NCBI RefSeq assembly: GCF_009914755.1
Contig: NC_060930.1
Source: the human T2T-CHM13v2.0 reference genome, Homo sapiens
Length of the DNA stretch: 64,000 nucleotides
Direction: 5' to 3' (one strand)
Positions 46,037 to 60,369 of the stretch are shown here, one piece after another. Numbering within the stretch: the first letter of the stretch is position 1; every line of letters starts with the position of its first letter. Below the pieces are notes generated by a model. The model ran no database searches and was not told the DNA's origin. It saw nothing but the letters and a program-made list of their open reading frames with translations. Made by a program: the position numbers and the translations under genes.

Positions 46037-49000
46037 CAGAATTTTATCTATAACTTCTAATCTGAGCAAGACTAGATAGCTTTTATTCTTCTTTGGGTGG
46101 GGGTAGATTTCAATGAGAAGAAATATTGCATTAAACTCTAATTTTTATTTAAGTTCTTGAGGTTTGTTTTTTTTTTTTTTTCAAAATTATATCTTGTATA
46201 TTTCCAAGGCAGAAGACTATTTGGAGAAGTAAAGTCTGTTGTAGCTAAAGTATTCTGTTGTGTGGCAGTTGAACTGATGTGTGCTTCCCTGACATTTACT
46301 TGGTAAGTAGTTAATTGCTTACCAAGTTAGAAATAACTGTGGTATCAGTAATACAAATACTTGAATTTAGGGAAAGGTGAGATACTATATTATGCTAGGT
46401 GAAGTATTAGTGGTACTTAGTTATTAATGTGGGATTTGTTTAGTTAGAACCTAAAACAATATTAGGACAAACATCTGTATGTTCAAAGATACTAGTTTCT
46501 TTATTGCTGGGTAAAAGGTGATTATAAAAGGATCATGACAGGTTAACACATTTGGCTTCAATTTCAGTTTTGCCAGATCTAGGCAAGATTTATTTGGGCA
46601 ACAAACAATACATGTAATCAATTATAATTATTCTTATTAATGGTGGGGAACACAGAGATGTATATTAAAATTTTATTTAATTTCAGATAAATGTTTACTG
46701 GGAAAATTTGAAATATATTTTTATATTTAGGTTGGATGCTTACTTAAAAAGCAATGAAAGAGCATCGTGAAGACATGAAGATTTCTTCTCCTTTCACCCT
46801 ATCTCCCCAATCAGTTTCTTCCTTCATTAATTGCTGTTTGAGAATTATAACTTGGCTCTAAAACTTAAAATAGCTACTTCCTCTCAGATATTTTCTGCAT
46901 TGTGTGTCTGGTTGCCTATTTGAGTTTCAGAGAATTTCCCTTATGGAATGCAAAGTGAAAGGTAAATAGTCAATTAAGTAGAAAAGTTACTGTCAACAGA
47001 GATATATGTAAACATAGCAAATACGAAAGCAAAATAATCTGGCTTTAGCTCTTAGGGAAATATTTGCTATTGCTAAACCTCAATTTACATACTCTACAAT
47101 GAGTGTTGATTATCTGTAATTTGTGCTCTGACCCTTTAAAATTTTTACTTATAAAACTTCTCATGGCATCTAGTTGTATTACATTTTTAGTTTCTGTATC
47201 TTTATCTTGTCCATCACCAAAGAGGAATTGAGGTGAAAGTTTCCAGTTGATGAATTTGTCTTCCATTGCTTTTAATGTTACATGTTTGTTTAGCTTTCCT
47301 GCAAAGTAGTATCTGTTTATTTGTTTGGAGACCACATGGCCTAGTGGACCTTAGCATTGGATAGACTTTGGTTGGAAATCCAGTTTGGTTTCTACTCATA
47401 TTAATTAGCTATAAAACTAGGATAATATCCAGCTTATAGGGTTATTAGTAGGATTAAGTGAGATAGTATAAGTAAAATAGCATAGTAACTAGTAGATAGT
47501 ACACATGGATTTCAGTCATCATCAACTTTTGAATAATCTACTAGATTGACACAACTAAACTTCATCCTCTGCTGTATTTCAACTTTCATATAATAAATGG
47601 TGAGTGAGGTATTAAGCCCAGCATCTGATGCGCTCCCTCCTCTCACCTCCCACCCTCCAAAAGGCCCAGTGTGTGTTTTTCTCCACCAAGTGTCCATATG
47701 TTTTTATCATTCAGCTCCCACTTATAAATGAGAACATGTGGTATTTGGTTTTCTGTTGCTGTGTTAGTTTGTTAAGGATAATGGCCTCTAGCTCCATCCA
47801 TGTCCCTGCAAAGGACATGAGCTCATTCCTTCTTAAGGCTGCATAGTATTCCGTGGTGTATATGTACCACATTTTCTTTATCCAGTGTATCATTAATCGG
47901 CATTTGGGTTGATTCCATGTCTTTGCTATTGTGAATAGTGCTGCAGTGAACATATGTGTGCATGTATCTTTATAATAAAAAAATAAAATGATTTATATTC
48001 CTTTGGGTATATACCCGGTAATGGGATTGCTGGCTTCAATGATATTTCTGCCTCTAGGTCTTTGAGGAATCCCCACACTGTCTTCCACAATGGTTGAACT
48101 AATTTACTCTTCCACCAGCAGTGTAAAAGCATTCCTTTTTCTCCACAACCTTGCCAGCATCTGTTGTTTTTTGACTTTTTAGTAGTAGCCATTCTGACTG
48201 GTGTGAGATGGTACCTCATTGTGGTTTTGATTTGCATTTGTCTAATGATCACTGACATTGTTTTTTTTTTCATGTGTTTGTTGGCCGCATGTATGTCTTC
48301 TTTTGAGAAGGGTCTGTTCGTGTCCTTTGTCCACTTTTTAATGTTTTTTTTTTTCTTGTAAATTTGAGTTCCTTATAGATACTGGATATTAGACCTTTGT
48401 CAGATGTATAGATTGCAAAAATTTTCTCCCATTCTTTAGATTGTCTGTTTACTCTGTTGATAGATTCTTTTGCTGTGCAGAAGCTCTTTAGTTTAATTGG
48501 ATCCCATGTGTCAATTTTTGCTTTTGTTTCAATTGTTTTTGGTGTTTTCATCATGAAATCTTTGCCTGTGCTTATGTCCTGATTGGTAATGCCAATTCTG
48601 GGGTTTTCATAGTTTTAGGTTTTACATTTAAGTATTTAATCCATCTTGAGTTGATTTTTGTATATGGTATAAGGACAGGGTCCAGTTTCGATTTTCTATG
48701 TATGGCTAGCCAGTTCTCACAGCACCATTTATTATACAGGGAAATCTTTCCCTGTTGCTTGTTTTTGTTAGGTTTGTTGATGATCAAGTGTTGTAGGCAT
48801 GCAGTCTTACTTCTGGTTTCTCTAATCTGTTCCATTGGTCTATGTGCCTGTTTTTATACCAGTGCCATGCTCTTTTGGTTACTGTAGCCCTGTAGTATAG
48901 TTTGAAATAGGGTAGTGTGATGCCACCAGCTTTGTTCTTTTTGCTTAGGGTTGTCTTGGTTATTTGGGCTCCTTTTTGGTTCCATATGAATTTTAAAATA

Positions 49001-49272
49001 GTTTTAAAAAAATTCTGTGAAGAACGTCAGTGGTAGTTTGATGGGATTAGCACTGAATCTATAAATTGCATCAGACAGTATGGACATTTTCATGATACTG
49101 ATTCTTTCTATCCATGAGCATGGAATATTTTTCCATTTGTTTGTGTCATCTCTGATTTCTTTGAACAGTGGTTTGTAGATCTCCTTGAAGAGGTCCTTTA
49201 CTTCCTTTGTTAGCTGTATTCCTAGGAATTTTATTCTTTTTGTGGCAATTGTAAATGGGATTGCCTTCTTGA

Positions 49273-49924
<652 letters not shown>

Positions 49925-50617
49925 GGAATGCTAGTGATTTTTGCATGTTAGTTTAGTATCTTGAGACTTTGCTGAAGTTGCTTATTAGCTTAAGAAGCTT
50001 TTGGGCTGAGACAATGGGGTTTTCTAGATATAGGATGATGTCATCTGTAAACAAAGATAGTTTGACTTTCTCTCCTCCTATTTGAATACTCTTTATTTTT
50101 TTCTCTTGCCTGATTGCCTTAGCAGGAACTTTCAAGACTATGTTGAATAGGGGTGGTGAGAAAGGGCAAGCTTGTCTTGTGCGGGTTTTCAGGGGGAATG
50201 TTTCCAGCTTTTGCCCATTCAGTATGATATTGGCTGTGGGTTTGTCATATATGGCTCTTATTATTTTGAGGTATGTTCCTTCAATACCCAGTTTATTGAG
50301 AGTTTTTAACATGAAGGGATGTTGAATTTTATTGAAGGCTTTTTCTGCATCTATTGAGATAATCATGTGGTTTTTATCTTTAGTTCTGTTTATGTGATGA
50401 ATCACATTTATTGATTTGTGTATGTTGAACCAACCTTGCATCCTGGATATGAAGCCAAGTTGATCGTGGTGGATAAGCTTTTTGATGTGCTGCTGGATTC
50501 GGTTTACAAGTATTTTGTTGAGGATTTTTGCATCAGTGTTCATCAAGGATATTGGCCTGATGTTTTCCTTTTTTTTGTTGTATCTCCGCCAGATTTTGGT
50601 ATAAGGATGATGCTGAC

Positions 50618-51352
50618 CCTTCCTCTGTTGCCCAGTCTAGAGGGTAGTGGTGTGATCATAGTTCACTGTAGCCTTAAACTCCTGGGCTCAAGAGATCTTC
50701 CCGCCTCAGCCTTTTTTTTTTTTTTTTTAAAGTAGCTGTGTGTAATGGTGTGTGTCTGTAGTCCTATCTCAGCTGGGACTACTAGGTACTCACCATCACA
50801 CCCAGCTAATTAAAAAAAATTTTTTTTAGTTTGGGTATAATGGTTTATGCCTGTAATCTTAGCCTATTGGGAGGCCAAGGTGGGAGAATCACTTGATTCT
50901 AGGGATTTGAGACTAGGCTGGGTAACATAGTAAGACCGTGTCTCTATAAAAAATTTAAAAAATGGCCAGGCATGGTGGCTCACATCTGTAATTCTAACAC
51001 TTTGAGAGGGCAAGGGAGTAGGATCCCTTGAGCCCAGGAGTTCAAGACCAGCCTGAGCAACATAGGGAGATCCCATCTCTATAAGAAAAAATATAATATT
51101 AAAACAATTTAAGAATAATTAGCTGGGCATGGTGGTTTGTGCCTGTAGTCCCAATTACTCAGAAAGTTCAATTACTCAGTGATCCGTGATCATACCATTG
51201 CATTCCAGCCTGGGTGAACAAACAAGACCCTGTTAGAGATGGGGGTCTCACTTAGTCGCCCAGGCTAGTCTCAAACTCCTGGCCTCAAGCGATCCAACCA
51301 CCTCAGCCTCCCAAGTAGCTGGGATTACAGATGCCAACTCCCATGCCTGGCC
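50618..51352. mobile_element. Nested AluJ cluster: minus-strand Alu split by a plus-strand monomer and a plus-strand Alu
   Basis: Minus ~50618-50828, plus ~50830-50960, plus ~50964-51232, minus ~51233-51352. Confidence 0.75.
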
Positions 51353-51920
51353 ATTTGTATATTTTAACCATTCTAATTGTCATGTAGTGGTATGTCATTG
51401 AGGTTTCCATTATGGTTTCAAACCCTGATGACTAAGGAGGTTGAGCATCTTTTAATACATTTTTTGGCTCTTTGAGTTTTCTCATTTGTAAAGTGCCTGT
51501 TAATGTCTTTTGCTAATTTTTCTATTGGATTGACTCTTTTTTTTGTTATTTCTGTTCTGGCTGTTCTTGGCCCTTTGCATGTTCATGTACATTTTAGAAC
51601 CAGAACGTCCACACACAGAGGCATACACAAAAGCTATTACGATTTTATTTGGGATTGTATTGAATCTATAGGTTAATTTGAAGAGATTTGAAACATTTAC
51701 AATATTAAGTTTTCTGGTTGATGTTTAGGGTATCTCTGTTAATTAATTTTTCTCCAGTTTCTCTAAGATTTTATATTTTTGTTGGTGAAGGCCTTGCACA
51801 TATTTTGTTAGATTTATTCCTAGATCCTTGATAGTTTTAATTCTGTTGTAAATTGTAGCTTAAAAAATTCCCTTACTGAATTTTGTTGCTGGCATATAGA
51901 AATACAATTAGTTTTTCTAT

Positions 51921-52226
51921 ATTTTTTATTTTTTGAGACCGAGTCTCGCCTTGTCGCCCAGGCTGGAGTGCAGTGGCACAATCTGGCTCACCGCAACCTC
52001 CACCTTCCAGGTTCAAGCAATTCTTCTTCCCCACCCTCCTGAGTAGCTGGGATTACAGGCGTGCACCACCATGCCCAGCTAATTTTTTTTTTTTTTTTTG
52101 GTATCTTTAGTAGAGATGGGGTTTCACCATGTTGGCCAGGCTGGTCTCAAACTCCTGACCTCATGATCCACCCGCCTCAGCCTCCTGAAGTGCTGGGATT
52201 ACAGGTGTGAGTCACCGCACCCTGCC
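51921..52226 (-). mobile_element. Alu (AluS)
   Basis: TSD gtttttctatatt. Confidence 0.92.
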
Positions 52227-52789
52227 GGTTTTTCTATATTTGAATCCAGAAACCTGACTCAATTAGGCCAATAGTTTTAATAATTTGTCGTGGATACTTC
52301 TGGATTTTCTAAGTATACTAAATCATATAATCTGCAAATAGAGTTTTAGTTCTTCTTTTTCAATCTTGATACTTTTTTGTTCTTACCTATATTGTTTTTA
52401 TTCATGGAGTCTCATTTCCTGGTGTGCTTTGTTACTGTTGTATGCTGGAGATTGTGTTTCGAAAGTTATGTGTGGACTATATTGAAGCTTAGGAGGATTA
52501 TATCTTTCTGGAAGGGTTTTCATTTGTTTTTTTTTTTTCATTGGCCTGGGGTCATTGCTGGTCCAGGCTAATTTTAATTTAAATCTGGGATCTGAGATCT
52601 CAGAATCACTAGATAAGTTGAAAATGGGTTGTAGATCCATGTGAAGGCTGATAAGGTTCTGGTTCATCCTCAAGTAATTGTTCACAGCTACAGGAATTTC
52701 AGGGGTTTCTTCCTGACTCCATTGAGTTTTAAATTTCTGTGCCTAAATTTTTTTTGTCTATTTCTAGAAATTTTTTTTTCTTTTTCCTC

Positions 52790-53090
52790 TTTTTCCTTAT
52801 ATAGGCCTAATCATCTCTGAAATGTCATTTCTTACATTCATCTAAATGTGTGTTTGGAACCTGTTTAATAAAACACAGGTTTCATTTAGTGATATAAAAC
52901 AACACATCACAAAGGTTTTGTGCACATTGCTTGATTTTAGGTCTTAGGGCTGGATGTTTGTATGTTCCTGTAAGGGCTCAACGGGCTCAGAAATGTCATT
53001 TCTTAGATTCTACAAACTGTGTGTTTGGAACCTTTTTAATGAAAACCCAGGTTCCATTCAGTGATGTAAAACAGCACATCAGAAAGCTTT
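52790..53090 (-). repeat. Dispersed alpha-satellite-like island, ~1.75 divergent 171-bp monomers
   Basis: gaaatgtcatttctta recurs at 52819 and 52990 (period 171). Alphoid motifs ATAGGCCT, AGATTCTACAAA, GTGTTT and CACATCACAAAG occur in consensus order. Confidence 0.85.
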
Positions 53091-53404
53091 TTCTTCTTCT
53101 TCTTCTTTTTTTTTTTTTTGATAATGGTTTGCTGTGTCACCCAGACTGGAGTGCAGTAATGTGATCATGGCTTACTGCAGCCTCTAACTCCTGGGCTCAA
53201 GCAATCCTCCCACCTTAGCCTCCCAAGTAGCTGAGATAACAAGTGTATACCACCATACCTGGCTAATGTTTTAATTTTTTTTTTTGTAGAGATGGGGTCT
53301 CACCGTGTTGCCCAGGCTGGTCTCAAACTCCTGGATTCAAGTGATCCTCCCGCCTTGGCCTCCAAAAGTGCTGGGATTATAGACGTGAGCCACCGTGCCC
53401 AGCC
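53091..53404 (-). mobile_element. Alu (AluJ) with (CTT)n/T tail
   Basis: Antisense Alu body abutting the satellite island. Confidence 0.9.
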
Positions 53405-54939
53405 TTTTGCTTTTAAAAAAAAAATCACTTTTTATAGTTTCCACTTCATACAGATTGTGCTTGTCTTTTATTTCTGTACACATGGTAGCATAGTTATTAT
53501 CTGTAAACTTTGTGAATTCTTCCCTGTTGTTTTTGTTCGTGAAGTATAGTTTTTTTCTATACCTTGTTATAAAATACAACGTGCTTGACATTGTATTTGG
53601 AAATTTATTTGTAGGAATACTTTGAGGTGTAATGTGAAGGTTCCTCCAGAGAGGATTTGAGTTTGCTTTTGCGAGGTGCCTGGGCATTTGAATCAGGTAC
53701 CGCCTTAAAACAAGTTCAAGGCTTGGGATTCCCTGATATCCTACATCATTTGAGCAGGAAGGTCTCTCGTCAGATATCCCACTTTGTGTGGGCCTGACTT
53801 TGTATATTAACTTTCTGTGCTGTAAAGATGTTTTAAAAATTTTATCAGTGTTTTGTTTTGTTTTGTTTTCTCTAGGAGGTTGACCCAAATAATATAGCCT
53901 GTTTTACTGAAACAGCAAGTTCTACTGCAGTTTGTTTAACTAGATACATGTTGGACATTTAGTTTTTTTCTTTATTATTATAAATAACACTGTAATAAAG
54001 AAACGTTTTTATTTGTGTGCTTGTCCTGTTATTTACTTGTGATTAATCTGAAAATAAAATAGTTACAATCTGCATTTTTAAAGGCTATTTGATATGTATT
54101 ATCAAAGTATGGTACACAAAGATTGTCCTAACACTGTGTATTCTAAATCTTTTTAACTTTTACCATTTTGATAGATGGAAAATAGTACACATTATTATTT
54201 TAATTTAGCATTTATTATTTTTACTTATATAACTATTGGCTGTTCATGTTTTACTACTTTTGGGTTATGAAAGCTTACATACTGCCAACTAGGGGCTTAC
54301 TGAGGCTAACTCACACATCAGATGATGTAAATATTTCCCTCAGTTTGTCACTTATATTTCATCTTCATTTACAAAAATATATATATGTTTTGGTATAGAA
54401 GTTTAACGCTTGTACTAATCAGATCTATCAATTTTTTATAAAGCCATAATCAGTCTGAGATAATAAATTTATAGTTGTTCCTAGAAAAACTAGTGTTTTA
54501 AGTTTGGAATTGTCTTATGTGGCTAGAAAATTGAGAAATAGTCAAACCACTCTAACCTCAATTAGGATATTTTAATATATTAACATAACTCAAATTAGGA
54601 TAATGCTCATTTTTAGTCTATATTAACCTGAGTTTTTATGATAAGTTTTTTCCTTTTTCTCATTAAAATATTTTCTCTTTGTCTGCTACTGTTCTTTTGA
54701 TGTATACCTTCAGAAATTGGCAGGGTTGAAATTTGAAAGAATATTCAATTTAGGTTTTTTTCTGTATTTTGCCTTCACTAATGATAGTGATTCAGATATC
54801 ATGTTAGAAATGATTTGAGATATCAAGGTTTTAAAATTTTTAATAAAAGTAAACAGTATTCATTAAAACAGGAAATCATTTTATTGAAACTGAATGAGGA
54901 CTTCAAATTTTTGTAACAGCTTAAAATATGTTTTTTTAG

Positions 54940-55035
54940 ATAAGTGATGAAGAGAAGACTCTTCGAGAACAGGAGATTGTTGCCTCATCACCAAGTTTAA
55001 GTGGACTTAAGTTGGGGTTCGAGTCCATTTATAAG
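54940..55035 (+). CDS. PRIM2: PRIM2 coding exon (likely exon 6), 96 bp, phase 0-0
   Basis: tttttttag|ATA ... AAG|gtatgt. Encodes [32 protein letters not shown], continuing in frame from ...QFEA. Absent from the ORF track. Confidence 0.95.
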
Positions 55036-57069
55036 GTATGTAAACATGTAAAATACTTCCTAGGTTTTGTTAAATATGTCGCATTGAGCTTTATATACAT
55101 ATTTAATTAATCCATTTTTATAGCCTCTCATCATCACAGCTACTCTGTCTCCTGCACAGATACTGTCCTCATTGCACTAATGGTGTGCCAATGTTCTCTC
55201 CTGGGCTGTCTCCTTCCACGGACGCATTCCCAACCCTGCTTGGGCTCTGACCTCCCATTACAGGCTGTTTTCCTAATGGAATACCCTCCTTGCATTGTTT
55301 GGGTTCTTACACCCTGCACTGGGCTATCCCCTGCCAGGAAACCCTCATCACCCATTTGGCCCAACACTCTGTTTGGATTGCTGCCTTGCGTGGAAGCCCC
55401 CTTTCGCTTCTCTTGACCTCTGACATCGTGGTGTCTTGCCTCATGGTCTCTCTGTGATTCCACTGGGCTCTGACATTGTAAGCCTACGTTTTTTCCTATG
55501 GGAATGCCCTCCTTAACCTACTCAGATTCCATCATCCTGTGCTTGGCCACCTCAGTTTCCCCTCCCCACTCAGTTCAGATAACTACGTCACATGAACCCT
55601 TCCAGAAGGGGAAGAGGGAAGAGTTTAAATTCATTTTACAATTTGATAACTGCAACCCCACAATTTCCTTTGAAAAGAATGTGCTAATTATTATGAGTGA
55701 GTGCCAGTAGTTTAAAGTCCTGCCCCATTCCAGCTTCTTCGTTTCGACTGTTGGGCCATCATTCAGTCAGCCTTTCAAGCCTAGAGTGTGGTGATCAATA
55801 TTTATTTCTCTTACACCACACATTTCCAGTTACTCTGCCTTCACATCATCTTTTGCTTCTACTTGGGCATTTTTGTTTCCACTGTGACCACCTTAATAAG
55901 CTAGAATCATGAAATACTATGGCTAAAGAATCCCTAAGGGTCAGTTAGCCTCTGTCTTCCTCCCCTCTCTCAGCTTTACAGATCTGGCTGCTGAGATTTA
56001 GAGGCATTCATTAAATTCACCAAATAAGTCTAGTCAGTATCAGAGCTTGGACTAGAACTCATGTTTCTTCCCTATATTATTGCAGTAAACCCTCTTACCT
56101 GCTCATCTGATATGTCCTATGTAAGCTACCTATTTGGTGCAGTATCACACAATTTACCCTGTAGGTCTGTTTGACTTTCCGTGTGTGCCCATGAGGGCAG
56201 GGACTGTGTTGCAGTTGTAGAAATAGGTAAATTAATTGAAAGTTGTTAAAAAGCACATGATCTGTTTATAGTGTGAGATGTCGTTGGATATACAGAAAAT
56301 TGTATGCATTTATATTTAATTCTTCCTTAAAACTTGAATGAATAGGCAATTTGGGAATCATTTTTCACCTAATTTTTTAACCTCGTTTTTTAAAAAAGAA
56401 AAATTCTATTGGAGAGTAAGAATGATTTTTACAGTTTACTAATATCATACTTCGCTCATCTCTTAGAATTTTAAGATTGTTCATAGGGTTTAAAAATCTA
56501 AGATTTTTAAAAATAAATTCTTGGGGCAAATACTTCTTTTAATAGCAAAACTGAATGCTTATTATTTCCATTTCTTAGTACTGAGATTAGCTTTTTCAGT
56601 ATATTTCTCTGGAGTGAGAATGGAAACATACATGAAGAAATTGGAATTTACTTACAAGTAATTTTCAGCTCTGAATATGTTGTTTACAAATTAGGATTCT
56701 CTCTGATGCAGAATACAAAGTGGGATATGTGAGGTGAATGCAACATGTGTAGAAGTCTTGAGTTAAGAGTTTGAAATCCTGGGGATTATGTTTTGTAAAT
56801 TCAGAGGTTAAGGAATAAAAGTAAGCATTCCAACTTGGCCTTTTAGTGTTACTATTTTTCAAAACATCAACTCTGAAACGAACATATTTTTGTACTGCCA
56901 CTGTTTGCTAATGCTGTTGAGTTTTAAGGAGGATAAATTAATCATTTTGATATTCTTTTGGCTCTGCTAGGACTAATGAATTTCTTTGTTTATACTTTAT
57001 ACATATGAAGACTTAGGATTTCTTAATGACAGGTGCTGACTTATTTTGCCTGTTTTACTCTTAATTCAG

Positions 57070-57207
57070 ATCCCTTTTGCTGATGCTCTGGATTTGTTTC
57101 GAGGAAGGAAAGTCTATTTGGAAGATGGCTTTGCTTACGTACCACTTAAGGACATTGTGGCAATCATCCTGAATGAATTTAGAGCCAAACTGTCCAAGGC
57201 TTTGGCA
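57070..57207 (+). CDS. PRIM2: PRIM2 coding exon (likely exon 7), 138 bp, phase 0-0
   Basis: ttaattcag|ATC ... GCA|gtgagt. Encodes [46 protein letters not shown], a conserved PriL segment. Confidence 0.96.
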
Positions 57208-59239
57208 GTGAGTATTTTACTTGATTTCTGTATCTGACATGTTCACACTTTCAGTTATATACCCCTGGTAGTTTTATTCTGTGTTTCTCTAGGAAATAAG
57301 TTAATTCAGTTTTCATAATGATATTCAGATTACATATGATGTTGTACTGTTAATCCCAAAATTCCTAGGTTTTTATTTGTTACTATCCATAGTTGGTTTT
57401 TAAGTTTTTTTTCTTGATCCTACTAATACCAATGCTGAGTGATTAATTTTGTGAGTAACCTCTGTGGGTTTCTTCATGGTCATGTCTTTTTTCCTTAGAA
57501 ATAGACTTCGTATATGGCTCTTAACAATTAGTGTGGCCTGTGGTAGATATAACTCCTAGATTTCTGTTCTGAATTAGTATTTGGTATCAGTAGAAGACAA
57601 TATAGAAGAAAATCTTAAGTACTAACACTGTGATATGCTAGTGCTGCAATGAGTAGCTCCATACTGGGTGAATTTGGAGGTAGCTGTGTTGAACAAATGA
57701 CATGATCAGTGATTTTTAAGTAGTTTGTTGGAAGTGTGACTCTTAAGTGGTGATATCTTAAAACTATACACATTTTTATATGTAAAACACATATTTTACA
57801 GTTGTTGTCTCTTAATCTGAGTCAGTTTTTAATACTTTTTTTGTACCTAATGCAGAAGAAGACTTCAAAGGTTTGTGACATGGCTGTTTTAAACTGTACT
57901 GATTATAGTGTAAGCATATGCCAAGCTTTCCTTCTCAGTTAAAAATTGTAGTATTTTCTGATATAAATAAATTTTTATTGACTCTCTGGGGTTACCTAAA
58001 TATGTATAATTTAGCTATGTCAGCACTTGGGAAGACTAAAATACTAACTCTGTGTTTATTAAATGAAGGAATTTATGAGAACACCTAGCATAACAGGTAT
58101 TTAGTAACTGTTAATATTCTTTCTCCATTCCTAATCCTGTTATTTCTTTATCCTCATGAAAGTTGATGCTTTTAAATTTTTTCTTTACTTGTCTGTCACT
58201 ACCCTAGATTATATTCTAGTTACAGCTAAGAATAGTGTCTTTCACCACTGTGGAAGACACTGATACTTGTCTACTGTTTGGCCATTGCTCTTTTATTATT
58301 CTTAGTTTTATTCACCCATATTCTCTCTGTTGACATTTTAGACCACACTTCTTTGTGTGAAATAGACAAATATTTTCCAGCATATTGGATAGTTTTAGCT
58401 GTCATCTATTAAATGCTGGTGGTGGACCCCAGTCTCCATGACAACCAAAAATATCACCGTGCATTTCAGAAAACTTCTGGCATGTTAATGCTACTATTAA
58501 TCTGATCATAGTCATTTCCTTCTTACCAAATTTTTAATTTATGCCTGTGACAATGTCATTGTGGCTAAAAAGTATGAGTTCTTTGGGGGCTCCTGAAAAA
58601 AGTTTTTCTTGCTAAAAAAAAAAAAAAAAAAAGGCATGTGGGATGAAGTAGTCTTTTTTTCCCCCCTCTGGATATTGTTGTAACTGAATGTGATGCCTGG
58701 AAGAGCTACAGCCATCTAGAGATGAGGCAGGTAACTTCGGGACAACCCAATTTGCTGCATAGACATGTAGAAAGATGGAAAGAATCTGAGTCCTTGTTGC
58801 TGTCGTTGAGTTGCTGAATTAACCTATTCTGGAACCACCAAACTTTTTATTACATGGGATAATGAAGTTTTAATTTTTAAAGGCACTAACTTAGGTACTC
58901 ATATTTGAGTGGAATTCTCTTTCTCTAGTAGCAGAAAGCATCCTGGTACCTAGATCAGTGTCTGCGTTAGTTAGTATTTTCTTTTCTAGTTGCAGGTAAC
59001 AGCCTATGCTACATTAACCAATAAATAGAATCTGTTAGCTCATAAAAGTGAGAAGTCTAGATTATAGTATGGACTTCAGACATAGCTTGCCCAATGTTTC
59101 ACCCCTTTCTCTGAATATGTCTTTACCCTTATGTGTATGCCTTATCCTCAGTCTGGCTTTCTGATGGTTGCAAAAATAGTTACCATGGGATCAGGCTTTA
59201 TTTCTATATAGCATACTATCTGAAAGAGTTTCTTTGTCC

Positions 59240-59600
59240 CTGGGCAGAAGTTTGAAATCAAGGTGTCGGCATGGCCATGCTTCCTCTGAAGGTGCTGGGG
59301 AAAGATCTATTCCACATCTGTCTTCTGGCTTCTGGTAGTTCTTTGACTTGTGGCAACATAACTCAAGTCTTCACATGGCATTCACCCTGCATGTCCCAAA
59401 TTCTGCTTTTTCTAAGGATATCAGTCATATTGGGGTATCATTTTTCTAAGGATATCAGTCACCTCTCAACTCCAGTGTGACCTCATTGTAACTAAGTACA
59501 TCTGCAACAATCCTATTTCTAAATAAGGTCACATTCTGAGGTACTGGGGGTTAGTACCTCAACATATGATTTTCTTGGGACAGAGTTTAACCCATATCAC
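59240..59600 (-). mobile_element. MLT1 (A-C-like) LTR fragment
   Basis: gaaatcaaggtgtcggcatggccatgcttcctctgaagg...aaataaggtcacattctgaggtactggggg. Confidence 0.7.
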
Positions 59601-60369
59601 ATGTCTATCACTAAAGCAGCTATTGTGGTTTAAGGGATAGCCTAGCCTAAGATCATGTGTCTGCCCCTTTAGATGGGGTATCATGGGAGCTGAGAGTCAG
59701 TGTGTTCCTGAAACCACAATATCCCAAACAAAAATGGATGATTGTTAGGAATGGGGAGAGGGGAGAATGAAGATGGGGAGGCAGACAACAATTGTCTACT
59801 ACCTAGAAAAGACACTGAATATGAATTAAATGTACAAAGTTTTTCACTTTGTAATTTCTTTCAAGCCAAGCTGCCCAGTGCCCAAAAACCTAACTATGAA
59901 AATGCATCTGAAATTCTTTTACTTTTGGGTTTAAAGCTACTTCTGATTTTGTGTATTGCAAAGTTTAAATAAATTTTTAATAAGTTTTGACTGTTTTATA
60001 AATTTGCCTTGAAAGCAACTTTAAAAATGTAAAAAAAATTTTACATTTGCCACACATTTTTATTTTAGATAAGTCAAGATATTCTATGTATATTTGTGAT
60101 TTATCATCCCAATATTCCAGTGTAGAAAGAAGGATATGTGGCAGATTTTTGCAAAATTTTACAATTTTTTTCTACTTTCTGGGTAGAAGTGGGGGATCTA
60201 TACTGAGAGAAAAGACAGAACTTGGGTTCCTAAGTTTGTAATAAATTCATTTCAGCCAACTGCACCTAAGCTTTCTACCTTGTTGTTAAGAAATAAGAGT
60301 ATTTATGAACTTTGAATTCCATTCTTCTTCACTTCTTTCTACTCATTCTTCCCCTTCCAAACATACTTT

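Noticed and set aside
53337-53888. 183-aa minus-strand ORF
   Set aside because: Runs through degraded LINE-like sequence into an Alu; no recognisable domain.
55140-55480. GC-richer block with overlapping ORFs after exon 6
   Set aside because: No recognisable protein, splice structure or repeat identity that I can support.
60040-60090. ttttag|ataagt resembling the exon 6 acceptor
   Set aside because: Similarity ends after ~12 nt and no PRIM2-like frame follows.
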